A stretch of DNA of 64,000 nt from Bacteroidota bacterium (GTDB lineage: Bacteria > Bacteroidota > Bacteroidia > Chitinophagales > BACL12), in assembly GCA_016124275.1 (NCBI GenBank), contig WGOA01000014.1:71833-135832 (forward strand). Reading direction: 5' to 3'. The stretch's first letter is position 1. Each line of letters opens with the position of its first letter. A model generated the notes under the pieces. It had not been told where the DNA came from, did no database searches, and worked only from the letters and a program-made list of their open reading frames with translations. Positions 8,531 to 17,321 of this stretch are shown here, piece by piece. The position numbers and the translations under genes are program-made.

Positions 8531-9346
8531 ATGGTAATTCGCGACGAAGGCTATGTCAAATTTCAGCAGGACCGCGTGGAAGCCGCGCCCCTTCAGGAAG
8601 TACTTTGGCAAGGGCTGGAAGCCGCGCGGGATGTGCTCTACCGCGCTGGCCTCGTGGGCATGTACGCCGACGGCATCGGTTTTGGCAACGTCAGCTGGCT
8701 GGAACCGGGATTTTTGGCCGGGGTGGAAAGTGGGGTTGGCGATGGACTGTTGCTTCGGACAACCGGATCGGGGCAAGCGTCAGGGCAGGGGTTGGGGCAA
8801 GCGTCAGGGCAGGGGTTGGGGCACCGTTCGGGGCAAGGGTCGGGGCACCGTTCGGGTCAAGCGTCAACAGCGGAATCAACCCAGGGGGCTGACCGGGCCT
8901 TTGTTCCCTTCATTATTTCCGGCACCCAGACCGGCAATCGGGCTCAATTAGATGGCCGGTATTACGTGCGTGTACTGTCGGTCCATGCGCCCGCCAATGC
9001 CTTGCGCTGCGAAGGGCCGATCGACGCCAGCTCCGAATCCATGACCCATGCGGCGGTCTATGCCGCTGACCCGAACATCGGCTGTGTGCTGCACGTGCAT
9101 CACCTGGAACACTGGCGGCGCCTCTTGCACCAGGTGCCAACCACTGCCGCGGAGGTGGCCTACGGTACGCCCGCTATGGCCCAGGAGGTCAGCCGCTTGT
9201 TTCTCGAAACCGAACTGCGTAAAGAGGGTGTCTTTGCCATGGCCGGTCACGAAGAAGGCCTGGTCAGTTTTGGCGCAACGCCAAAAGAGGCCCTGGAGCG
9301 GCTGCGCGCGTGGGGGGTGCTGCCAGTTTACGCAAAAAGCGCCTGA
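8531..9346 (+). CDS. class II aldolase/adducin-fold protein, possibly methylthioribulose-1-phosphate dehydratase (MtnB-like)
   Basis: 271 aa from ATG 8531. Contains GNVSW, IISGTQTG, SSESMTHAAVY and HVHHLEH, which fit the class II aldolase metal and substrate motifs. Sits immediately downstream of mtnA. Carries a Gly/Gln/Ser repeat insertion. Confidence 0.6.
   Translation: MVIRDEGYVKFQQDRVEAAPLQEVLWQGLEAARDVLYRAGLVGMYADGIGFGNVSWLEPGFLAGVESGVGDGLLLRTTGSGQASGQGLGQASGQGLGHRSGQGSGHRSGQASTAESTQGADRAFVPFIISGTQTGNRAQLDGRYYVRVLSVHAPANALRCEGPIDASSESMTHAAVYAADPNIGCVLHVHHLEHWRRLLHQVPTTAAEVAYGTPAMAQEVSRLFLETELRKEGVFAMAGHEEGLVSFGATPKEALERLRAWGVLPVYAKSA
8770..8865 (+). repeat. in-frame tandem repeat, 4 x 24 nt
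   Basis: The units are ggggcaagcgtcagggcaggggtt (twice), ggggcaccgttcggggcaagggtc and ggggcaccgttcgggtcaagcgtc. They encode GQASGQGL GQASGQGL GHRSGQGS GHRSGQAS inside the aldolase-fold CDS. Confidence 0.9.
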
Positions 9347-10137
9347 TTCGCTGCCCCGTTCATGCGCAGCAGCTCCCTTACTGCCGCTTCTCCGTCTGCC
9401 CCTAAGTCAATTGTGTAAGAATTTACATATAAATTTATGTGGGCTTGTTGCACGGCGGGTTCCATTTCTTGTGCGTGCAGTTGCACATAAGCCCGTGAAT
9501 CGTCAGGGTGAGCAAAGGCGTGTTCCACGCTGGCGCGCAACAGCGCATCAATGCGCCGGATGAGCGGGCTGCCTAAACTTCGGCGCGCAACAATACCGCC
9601 AAGCGGAATCGGAAGGCCGCTGCGGGATTCCCACACTTCGCCCAAATCAGCCAACTTCTGCAAACCGCGGGCTGCGTAGGTGAATCGGTTTTCGTGGATC
9701 AGCAAGCCCGCATCAACCTCGCCGTGCAGCACTGCGGCCTCAATGGCTGAAAAGTGCATGGGCTTTTTTTGCACAATTTCAGGAAAGGCCCATCCCAGCA
9801 AAAAATTGGCGGTGGTGTAAACCCCCGGAATGGCCACCCGCAACGAAGCCCAGGTTTCCGGGCGAAGGGCTTCTGCGGCCACGAGCAAGGGTCCTACACC
9901 GCGCCCGAGCGCGCTGCCTGCGCGCAGCAGCGCGTAGCGATCCAACACGGCGGGCAAGGCAGCATAGCTGAGTTTGGTCAAGTCCAGGTGGCCGGCTAAT
10001 GCGCGCTCGTTGAGGGCTTCCACATCGTCGAGCACCACGTCAAAATCCAGTTCCGGATCGCGCACCCGGCCATGCACCAGTGCATCAAAGAGAAAGGTAT
10101 CGTTTGGACAAGTTGAAAAGCCGAGGGTGAGGCGCAT
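9328..10137 (-). CDS. mqnD: 1,4-dihydroxy-6-naphthoate synthase (futalosine pathway)
   Basis: 269-aa ORF. MRLTLGFSTCPNDTFLFDALVHG and LLIHENRFTY are characteristic of the MqnD/VitK2 biosynthesis family. The 3' end overlaps the convergent aldolase gene by 19 nt. Confidence 0.85.
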   Translation of the reverse strand: MRLTLGFSTCPNDTFLFDALVHGRVRDPELDFDVVLDDVEALNERALAGHLDLTKLSYAALPAVLDRYALLRAGSALGRGVGPLLVAAEALRPETWASLRVAIPGVYTTANFLLGWAFPEIVQKKPMHFSAIEAAVLHGEVDAGLLIHENRFTYAARGLQKLADLGEVWESRSGLPIPLGGIVARRSLGSPLIRRIDALLRASVEHAFAHPDDSRAYVQLHAQEMEPAVQQAHINLYVNSYTIDLGADGEAAVRELLRMNGAANQALFA

Positions 10138-10191
10138 GAAAGGTCAGGATAAAGTAAACGATGTTGTGGAATGGCGGAGGGTATTCCCCCG

Positions 10192-10878
10192 TCATTGCCC
10201 CAGACTTTCCAGATACTCCAGCCCAAAGTCGCGCAGGTTTTGCACGGCTAAGGGCAGGTTCCAATGGGCCCGGTTGCGGCGCTCCACCCGGTTGGAGATG
10301 GCGCGCACTTCAGCAAAAGCCTGTTTTTCGCAGATGCAGGTGTAAAACACAGCAGCACCTTCCATAGTTTCCACATCTGCGCCGTAGCGCGCTATGCACC
10401 GGGCGATGGCCGCTTCTTCGCCATGCACGGTATTGACGGTCAGCCCGGTTGCGCGGGGTAAGTTGGCTAAAGGACCGGGGCCAGGGTCAAGGGCATTGGC
10501 GAGTTTGCCGTCCAGGTAGGGAAATTCATCCCGGTCGGCCAGCCCCAATTGAAACAGGTCAAGAAAGGCGGGTCCGTCTTCAGCACCCAGATCGCCGAAC
10601 AGCTCCACGGTAACGTGGCAGACATCGCCTTGCTCAAGGCGGCCTGGATACGCCCCGGCTACGCCTAAATTCAGCACCAAATCAAAGTAGCGCTGCGCCA
10701 GGCGCCGACCTAACCGGTAGGCCGTTGCCGTCATGCCCACGCCGGTCAACAGCACTTCAACCCGATTTCCTGCCACAAAACCTTCGGCATTGCCCGACCG
10801 GGAACCTGGGGACAGCCGCAGGCGTTCTACCAGAGGTCGGATTTCTGCGGCAGTTGCTGCCACCAGGAGAATGTCCAT
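10192..10878 (-). CDS. mqnB: futalosine hydrolase (PNP/UDP-1 nucleosidase fold)
   Basis: 228-aa ORF. MDILLVAATAAEIRPL, LTGVGMTATA and ETMEGAAVF fit the MTA-nucleosidase-like fold. Lies directly upstream of mqnD on the same strand. Confidence 0.75.
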   Translation of the reverse strand: MDILLVAATAAEIRPLVERLRLSPGSRSGNAEGFVAGNRVEVLLTGVGMTATAYRLGRRLAQRYFDLVLNLGVAGAYPGRLEQGDVCHVTVELFGDLGAEDGPAFLDLFQLGLADRDEFPYLDGKLANALDPGPGPLANLPRATGLTVNTVHGEEAAIARCIARYGADVETMEGAAVFYTCICEKQAFAEVRAISNRVERRNRAHWNLPLAVQNLRDFGLEYLESLGQ

Positions 10879-11017
10879 TCAAAAAGTTAGCGAATGGGGT
10901 GAATTGCGAACGTTTAATGTTCTGATTAACCGGAAAGGCCGATTAAACACCATCAGCAGGGGCCAAATTACTTAACTTTAGCGTGCTGCTGGATGAAGCA
11001 GCTCGTTTTGTACTGCC

Positions 11018-11425
11018 ATGGTTTACCTGACCCGAAAAGAGCATTTTAACGCCGCCCACCGGCTGTACGTAGCGCATTGGCCGGATGAACAAAACGAAGC
11101 GGTCTTTGGTCCTTGCGCCAACACCAATTTTCACGGGCATAATTTTGACCTCTACGTTACGGTAAAAGGAGAGCCCGATCCGGATACTGGCTTTATCCTG
11201 AATGCCAAGGAACTCGGGCGGCTTATGCGGGAGCATATCGTCGCGCGGTTTGATCATAAAAACCTAAACCTGGATGTGGACGATTTTGCTGATCGTCAAC
11301 CTTCTACGGAAAACTTTGTTAAGGTGATCTGGAAGCGGTTAGCGCCGCACCTGCCCCCGGGAACGCTGTTTCGGGTCAGGTTATTCGAGACCGAAAACAT
11401 CTACGCAGATTATTTCGGCGATTAA
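11018..11425 (+). CDS. 6-pyruvoyl-tetrahydropterin synthase, Cx5HGH (PTPS-I/III) type
   Basis: 135-aa [21 protein letters not shown] (Cys-x5-His-Gly-His) and FDHKNLN are PTPS/QueD-fold motifs. The Cys spacing matches animal-type PTPS rather than QueD (Cx3HGH). Confidence 0.8.
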   Translation: MVYLTRKEHFNAAHRLYVAHWPDEQNEAVFGPCANTNFHGHNFDLYVTVKGEPDPDTGFILNAKELGRLMREHIVARFDHKNLNLDVDDFADRQPSTENFVKVIWKRLAPHLPPGTLFRVRLFETENIYADYFGD

Positions 11426-11468
11426 GGGTCTAAAGACCAATTGTTCACCCGATCATTTTTTCCAGCGA

Positions 11469-12125
11469 ATGCGCGTCAAAGAAATTATTCCCAGGGACAT
11501 CGTTAGCTCATCGAGCATGGAGGACAACCCCAACTACCAGAAGCAAGAGATTTTCTCTGGCGAAACCACGGATGCTCTGACCGGTTTGTACCACGGCGTT
11601 TTAGAACGCCTGGGTGAAGACGTCTCGCGCGAAGGGCTCCAAAAAACGCCACTGCGGGTGGCGAAGGCCATGCAGTTCATTACCCAGGGCTACGAAATGG
11701 ACGCGCACTCCATTGTTCGCGGGGCGATGTTCAAAGAGAGCGCCAGCGAAATGGTGCTGGTAAAAGACATTGAGCTTTACTCGTTGTGCGAGCACCACAT
11801 GCTGCCTTTTTACGGAAAGGCGCACGTGGCCTATATCCCGAATGGCAGAATCGTGGGGTTAAGTAAAATTGCCCGGGTGGTGGATGTTTATGCCCGCCGT
11901 CTTCAGGTGCAGGAGCGTTTGACGCACCAGATTCTGGACTGCCTCAAAGACACGCTGGATCCGCTGGGAGTAGCCGTGGTTATTGAAGCCAAGCACCTTT
12001 GCATGATGATGCGCGGGGTGCAAAAGCAGAATTCAACCACCACCACATCGGCGTTCACCGGTCAGTTCAAAGATCCGGCCACCCGCAGTGAGTTTATAAG
12101 CCTGATTTCGGCGAAGCTCAGCTGA
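11469..12125 (+). CDS. folE: GTP cyclohydrolase I
   Basis: 218-aa ORF with [22 protein letters not shown] and RLQVQERLT, which are FolE signatures. ATG at 11517 (MEDNPNYQ) is an alternative start. Confidence 0.92.
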   Translation: MRVKEIIPRDIVSSSSMEDNPNYQKQEIFSGETTDALTGLYHGVLERLGEDVSREGLQKTPLRVAKAMQFITQGYEMDAHSIVRGAMFKESASEMVLVKDIELYSLCEHHMLPFYGKAHVAYIPNGRIVGLSKIARVVDVYARRLQVQERLTHQILDCLKDTLDPLGVAVVIEAKHLCMMMRGVQKQNSTTTTSAFTGQFKDPATRSEFISLISAKLS

Positions 12126-12136
12126 GCTCAGCTCGG

Positions 12137-13399
12137 TCAGCCTAAACTAAGCCCTTGCTCTTCCAGCGCCTGGTCTAAATCGGCGATGATGTCCCGGGCG
12201 TTTTCAATGCCTACCGCAATGCGCACCAGGCCGTCGGTTATGCCTGCTGCCAGGCGCTCTTCCCGGGGCACTGGCAAATGCGTCATGGATGCAGGATGTT
12301 GGATGAGGGTGTCCGGGGTCCCGAGCGTTGTGGCCAGGGTGCAAATGCGCACGCGATCCATTAGCCGGATTGCCGCTGCCATTCCGCCATTCAACTCTAT
12401 GCTCATCAGGGCGCCAAAATCCCGCATTTGGCGCGCTGCAACAGCGTGGTAGGGGTGCTCCGGCAGCCCGATGTAAAACACCTTTTCCACCGCTTTATGC
12501 CCTTGTAGAAAAGCCGCTACCTGGTGGGCATTGGCGCAGTGCCGCTCCATGCGCAGCTCCAGTGTTTTTAACCCGCTCAACAGCAGCCAGGCGTCGAAAG
12601 GGCTGGGGGAGGCCCCCATCAACTTGAGTTGCTGAAAGATGGGCCCGTCCATCAAGTCGCGGCGGGTGCTGACCACAGCCCCGCCCAAGGCAGATCCGTG
12701 TCCGTTCAGAAATTTGGTGGTGGAATGAACCACAAGGTCCGCACCCAGCGCCAGCGGTTGTTGCAGCCAGGGTGTGGCGAAGGTGTTGTCCACGATCAGT
12801 GGCAAGTTTGCGCTGCGCGACCAGGCCGAAAGCGCCTGGAGATCGGCACAATAGAGCATGGGATTAGAGGGCGTTTCGGCATAGACCACGGCAATCTCCG
12901 GGTGGTTGCTTAAGGCTTGATCCAATTCGTCCATGCGGTTCAGGTCTACCTGAACGCGTTTTATCCCCCAGGGCGCTAACAGTTGACGCAGCAATTCATC
13001 CGTGCCGCCATAAAGTTGGTGTTGGGTCAAAACGGCCTGTCCGGGTTTGAGCAGGCCCATCAGCGCGGCAGAAATTGCGGCCATCCCCGACCCAAACAGT
13101 CTCGCCGTGGCCTCCAGACCAGTGCCCAGGGTCTCCAGGTCGGCAATAGCCCGCGCTGCGGCTTCGGCAGTTGGATTGTTCCATCGGCCGTAGATGTACC
13201 CTGCATTGCGGTCTTCAAACAGGCGCATGGCTTCCGCGCTATCCGGAAAGGTGAACGCAGAAGTAGGGTAAATGGCTTCGCGGTGCGGGTGAATGGCCTT
13301 GTCGTCTATGTGCCGGTTTTTTACGCAGGCTGTGCCGAAACCGGGCACAACGGCTGCAGCGTTGTGGTCCGGGTCAGAAGGGCGCTTGGGGTGGTCCAT
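12137..13399 (-). CDS. Cys/Met-metabolism PLP-dependent enzyme (cystathionine gamma-synthase / O-acylhomoserine sulfhydrylase / methionine gamma-lyase family)
   Basis: Start set at ATG 13399 (MDHPKRPSD). YGRWNNPT and the PLP-lysine string STTKFLNGHG are typical of trans-sulfuration enzymes. The exact specificity cannot be read from sequence. Confidence 0.8.
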   Translation of the reverse strand: MDHPKRPSDPDHNAAAVVPGFGTACVKNRHIDDKAIHPHREAIYPTSAFTFPDSAEAMRLFEDRNAGYIYGRWNNPTAEAAARAIADLETLGTGLEATARLFGSGMAAISAALMGLLKPGQAVLTQHQLYGGTDELLRQLLAPWGIKRVQVDLNRMDELDQALSNHPEIAVVYAETPSNPMLYCADLQALSAWSRSANLPLIVDNTFATPWLQQPLALGADLVVHSTTKFLNGHGSALGGAVVSTRRDLMDGPIFQQLKLMGASPSPFDAWLLLSGLKTLELRMERHCANAHQVAAFLQGHKAVEKVFYIGLPEHPYHAVAARQMRDFGALMSIELNGGMAAAIRLMDRVRICTLATTLGTPDTLIQHPASMTHLPVPREERLAAGITDGLVRIAVGIENARDIIADLDQALEEQGLSLG

Positions 13400-13517
13400 G
13401 GTCTTGTGGTTTGCCGCTTCTTTTGAGGCGCAGGGCGCCGTTGAAGGGTTGGGGAAAAAGGAGCGTTGTGGCCGCGTGAAATTCCGCTTATTTTGCCGCA
13501 CACCCAATCTACCCGAT

Positions 13518-14036
13518 ATGCTGGATTTATCTGCTCTGGTTGCCTACAACGTCTGGGCCAACACGCTTTTGCTGGACGTGTTGCCCTCGCACCCCGATGA
13601 AGACCTGGACGCTGAGCGAATCAGCAGTTTTCCGAGTTTGCGCAAAACCTGGTACCACATCTGGGATGCGGAAACCATCTGGCTCAAACGCCTGCAAGGC
13701 CATTCGCCCGAAAGCTGGCCGAGCAAAGAGTTCGGTCCAGATTTCTCAGATTTCGGTCCTTATTTGCTGCAGACCTCCGCCGAACTGCGCGATTTTGTTG
13801 CTGCTCAAAGCGTTTCCTGGGCCGGCTTGCCTTGCTCGTACCGAACGTTGAATCAAGACGGACACAATACACCAAACGGGGTGGTGGTGCAGCATGTGGT
13901 TAACCACAGTTCCTACCACCGCGGTCAGCTGATCACGCTGATGCGCCAGGTGGGCTGGACGGAGCTGCCCTCAACGGATTTGATGCGCTGGTACCGCAAA
14001 GAAATCGCCGTTTCCCGCATGGAAAACGAAGGATAG
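13518..14036 (+). CDS. DinB-family (four-helix bundle, metal-binding) protein
   Basis: 172 aa from ATG 13518. YNVWANTLLL at the N-terminus and HVVNHSSYHRGQL near the C-terminus match the DinB/YfiT pattern. Confidence 0.7.
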   Translation: MLDLSALVAYNVWANTLLLDVLPSHPDEDLDAERISSFPSLRKTWYHIWDAETIWLKRLQGHSPESWPSKEFGPDFSDFGPYLLQTSAELRDFVAAQSVSWAGLPCSYRTLNQDGHNTPNGVVVQHVVNHSSYHRGQLITLMRQVGWTELPSTDLMRWYRKEIAVSRMENEG

Positions 14037-14096
14037 GAGAATTTTTAAGCAATGCCCATCAGGCTGTCCGAAGGGAGCTATTGCGCAGGGCCACGG

Positions 14097-15776
14097 CTAC
14101 CAGGATACTCGGGCAAAACTGCGCGTTCCGGTTTCGGCCTGCTTTTCCAGCAAGTACAGGCCGGGGGTTAACCCATAGGGGGCGTTGAGCCGATCACCAT
14201 GACTTTTGACCAGCACCTGGCCACTTAAATCGTACAAGGTCAGGCGTATGCCGCTGAGGTCTGGCCAGTGCCAGCCGGAGGCTTCCCGAAGCGGAGGGTC
14301 AAGAATGCCTGTATCAGGAAGGTCCGGCAACAGGATGACTGGTCTTGAACCAGCGGCAATGCTCCATGCTGACATAACGTACCCACAGCGGGCGCGAACT
14401 TGCCAGGTAAGGGATGTTTCTGTGCTCAGCCCTGCGATATCTATGTTGTTGGACTCCGTGAAAAAGTTGCGCAGCGTTCGGCCATTCGATTCTAAGCGAA
14501 CCTGGTACTCCTCACCGTTCTCCGGTCCGCTCCAATACAAGCCGGTAGTATGGCTTTCCAACGGGATTTGGCGCAGACTTCCGGGTTTGTTGCACGTGCA
14601 GATTTCTTCGTTCATGCACACGCGAAAGGTCTCCGAAAACCATTGGCTTTCATATTGTACACGGGCTGTCCACTCGCCAAACTGCGGGTTGCGGTTAATT
14701 TTCAGGTGGGCAATTTCGTACCCCGCTGCGCCGGAAGTGGTCACTGCCCTTTCCCATTGCTTGTTGAGCGTACCATCCGGTTTGAGGATGCGAATGTTCA
14801 GTTTCTGACCAACTTTTGGATCGCGGATGTAAATGCCCAGGTAAACGTCTTCACCTGCATAGAATTGACGGCGAATGTTTGGGGTCTCTTCTGAAGCGGT
14901 GCCACAAGCTCCGAATTCCGGTAACGCATGGTGAAACACTAATTTGTTTACCGTGCTGACCTGGTAGGGTTCCTGGTCAACCCACCACGATTCCAGGTTG
15001 AGGTCATTACAGCTTCCAGTAAATGGGTCAACGCCAGAACCATCGGCGTCGCGCACTTCAAAATGGAGGTGTGGTCCCGTTGAGTTTCCGGAAGAACCGA
15101 TAATGCCCAGAAATTCGCCGGTAATAACAGCATCGCCGGGTCCTTTTGGGGTTAAAGAGCCGGATTTGAGGTGACCATACCAGGCTACGGAACCATCGGC
15201 ATGTTGCACATATACAGCATTCCAGGAGCTGCCGCTGCCATCGCAAATGCGATCGTTGTTACCGTCCTCTTTGTAAACGATTATTCCGGGAGCTGCGGCC
15301 ACGACTTCCGCCCAATTGCTGTCCATGGCCATCCAGGCGAAGGGCCATGGGAAGAAGTCTGTGCCCGTGTGCGCATTGTAGGTTCGGGTTCCGCAAGCAT
15401 AGTCTTGCCGGCCGGTAAATGCGTTGTGGTCCACGAGGCTGGATATAGCCGCCAGGTTGAAATAATCGGCGCCGCGCTTTGCGCGAACCGGTACTGCAAA
15501 TTCAGGATGCCGGCTGCGGGTGGAGGGGCTGACGACCAATCGTCCATCTGCTTCCAAAACCCCGATTTCCGTCTGAATGCGCATAGCGATGCGGGCTTGT
15601 TCTGCGGAATCCAGGCAGGGGACGGTTGGTTCTGCAGCCGGGGCCAAGCCCGACCAGAAGGACTGCGCATGCAGGGGCTTAGTTCCTAACAGCAATATGG
15701 TGCTCAGCAACAGGGCGGCCCATACGGTGTTCGATGAGCTGCAAGGGGTGCGATGAATAGAGCGATAGCGTACCAT
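14097..15776 (-). CDS. secreted M23 (LytM-type) metallopeptidase with T9SS C-terminal sorting domain
   Basis: 559 aa with a signal peptide (AALLLSTILLLGTKPLHAQ). M23 motifs HTGTDF and GSSGNSTGPHLHFEV. The last ~70 aa (LTLYDLSGQVLV..GLYLLEKQ) resemble Por_Secre_tail. Confidence 0.8.
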   Translation of the reverse strand: MVRYRSIHRTPCSSSNTVWAALLLSTILLLGTKPLHAQSFWSGLAPAAEPTVPCLDSAEQARIAMRIQTEIGVLEADGRLVVSPSTRSRHPEFAVPVRAKRGADYFNLAAISSLVDHNAFTGRQDYACGTRTYNAHTGTDFFPWPFAWMAMDSNWAEVVAAAPGIIVYKEDGNNDRICDGSGSSWNAVYVQHADGSVAWYGHLKSGSLTPKGPGDAVITGEFLGIIGSSGNSTGPHLHFEVRDADGSGVDPFTGSCNDLNLESWWVDQEPYQVSTVNKLVFHHALPEFGACGTASEETPNIRRQFYAGEDVYLGIYIRDPKVGQKLNIRILKPDGTLNKQWERAVTTSGAAGYEIAHLKINRNPQFGEWTARVQYESQWFSETFRVCMNEEICTCNKPGSLRQIPLESHTTGLYWSGPENGEEYQVRLESNGRTLRNFFTESNNIDIAGLSTETSLTWQVRARCGYVMSAWSIAAGSRPVILLPDLPDTGILDPPLREASGWHWPDLSGIRLTLYDLSGQVLVKSHGDRLNAPYGLTPGLYLLEKQAETGTRSFARVSW

Positions 15777-15920
15777 GACTTAGCCGACAGAAATCGGTCA
15801 CGGTCAAGGTAGCGCAATGCAGGGCATTTGGTCAGGACTGAACCCGCTTGCTTGTGACAAAGCTTAAGGGTCGGATGCTCTGGGCCAGTAAGGACCGACC
15901 TTTCCATAATATCTTGTCAA

Positions 15921-17246
15921 TCAGTGGAATAGGAGACGTTTTCCAGCTCTATGGAGCAAGCCTGCGCTGCTGTCCCAAACCTGGGTGCCGTTCACCCAGG
16001 TTTGGCGAACCTGCCCCCGAAACTGACGGCCTTCGAGCGGGGACCACCCACACCGGTAGAGCAATTGCTCCTTGTTTACGGTCCATTCCACATCGGGATC
16101 CAGCAGAAAAAAATCGGCAAAATAGCCTTCGCGCAGGTAACCCCGTTCGCGGATGTGGAAACAATCCGCAACAGCATGGCTCATTTTATGGGCCAGGAAG
16201 GGCAGATCCCAACCTTCCTGTTCAGCGATGGCCAACATGATGTTCAGGCTGTGTTGCACCAGCGGCAGGCCAGCCGGTGCATTGAAGTAAGTCCCAGCTT
16301 TTTCTTCCAGGGTATGTGGGGCGTGATCCGTGGCGATGACATCCAAACGCCCTTCCACTAATGCTGCCCGCAACAGCGGTTTGTGCCGGGCATCTTTGAT
16401 GGCCGGGTTGCATTTGATTTTACTGCCCAACGCGGCGTAATCGGAGGCATCGAAAAACAAATGGTGCACGCAGGCTTCAGCCGTAATGCGTTTGCCAGCC
16501 AGCGGTCCGGGTTCAAAAAGCGCCAATTCTTCAGCGGTGGAAATGTGCAGTACGTGCAAGCGGGTGTTGTGCTTGCGCGCCAGGTTTACGGCGTATTGAC
16601 TGGACAACAGACAAGCCATTTCGTCGCGGATATTCGGGTGCTCGGCGAACGGCACCTCTTCGCCATAGCGCTGCCGAAAGTGTTCTGAGCGTTCGCGAAT
16701 GCGTTTTTCATCCTCGCAGTGCAGCGCAATGAGGGTTGCTGATCCGGCGAAAATGCGTTCCAGGGTTTGTTCGTTGTCCACCAGCATGCTGCCGGTAGAC
16801 GAGCCCATGAAGATTTTGGTGCCGCAGACGGTTTTGGGGTCTGTGCGGAGCACTTCTTCTCCATTATCGTTGCTCACGCCCATGTAAAACGAGTAATTCA
16901 CGGCGGCGTAGCGAGCTGCAAGCGCGTAGCGCTCTTCAAGCAAAGCCTGGGTCAACGAGGGGGGCTTGACATTTGGCATGTCCATGAAACTGGTGACTCC
17001 ACCGGCCGCCGCCGCTGCCGATTCTGTGGCGATGCAGGCTTTGTGGGTCAGGCCGGGTTCCCGGAAATGCACCTGATCATCAATGATGCCGGGCATCAGG
17101 AAGCAGCCGGATGCGTCGATTTCGCGGGCTTCAGGAGCGGATAACTGTGCCCCGATCTGATCGATGCGGTCGTCGTTGATCAGGATGTCACCCTCGGTGA
17201 TGCGGCCTTCGTTAACGATTCGGGCGTTGCGGATGACTGTTCGCAT
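15921..17246 (-). CDS. pyrC: dihydroorotase (cyclic amidohydrolase family)
   Basis: 441 aa with PGIIDDQVHFREPG (HxH metal site) and VIATDHAPH. Allantoinase or hydantoinase cannot be strictly excluded. Confidence 0.8.
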   Translation of the reverse strand: MRTVIRNARIVNEGRITEGDILINDDRIDQIGAQLSAPEAREIDASGCFLMPGIIDDQVHFREPGLTHKACIATESAAAAAGGVTSFMDMPNVKPPSLTQALLEERYALAARYAAVNYSFYMGVSNDNGEEVLRTDPKTVCGTKIFMGSSTGSMLVDNEQTLERIFAGSATLIALHCEDEKRIRERSEHFRQRYGEEVPFAEHPNIRDEMACLLSSQYAVNLARKHNTRLHVLHISTAEELALFEPGPLAGKRITAEACVHHLFFDASDYAALGSKIKCNPAIKDARHKPLLRAALVEGRLDVIATDHAPHTLEEKAGTYFNAPAGLPLVQHSLNIMLAIAEQEGWDLPFLAHKMSHAVADCFHIRERGYLREGYFADFFLLDPDVEWTVNKEQLLYRCGWSPLEGRQFRGQVRQTWVNGTQVWDSSAGLLHRAGKRLLFH

Positions 17247-17248
17247 AG

Positions 17249-17317
17249 GACGCTGGGGTTAGGCAGAGTTATGTGCGGTAAACGCTGGGGTTGGTGTTAT
17301 AAGCGCCGGGGTTAGGC
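17249..17317. repeat. three direct copies of CGCYGGGGTTRG in the pfkA-pyrC spacer
   Basis: GACGCTGGGGTTAGGC (17249-17264), AACGCTGGGGTTGGTG (17281-17296) and AGCGCCGGGGTTAGGC (17302-17317). Core spacing is 32 and 21 nt. Copy 1 begins 3 nt upstream of the pyrC ATG (its 12-nt core 5 nt). Confidence 0.6.
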
Positions 17318-17321
17318 TGTT

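Noticed and set aside
13400-13517. Possible SAM riboswitch upstream of the trans-sulfuration PLP enzyme.
   Set aside because: The spacer is 118 nt, shared with the divergent DinB gene. No SAM-I or SAM-II core sequences or expression platform were recognisable.
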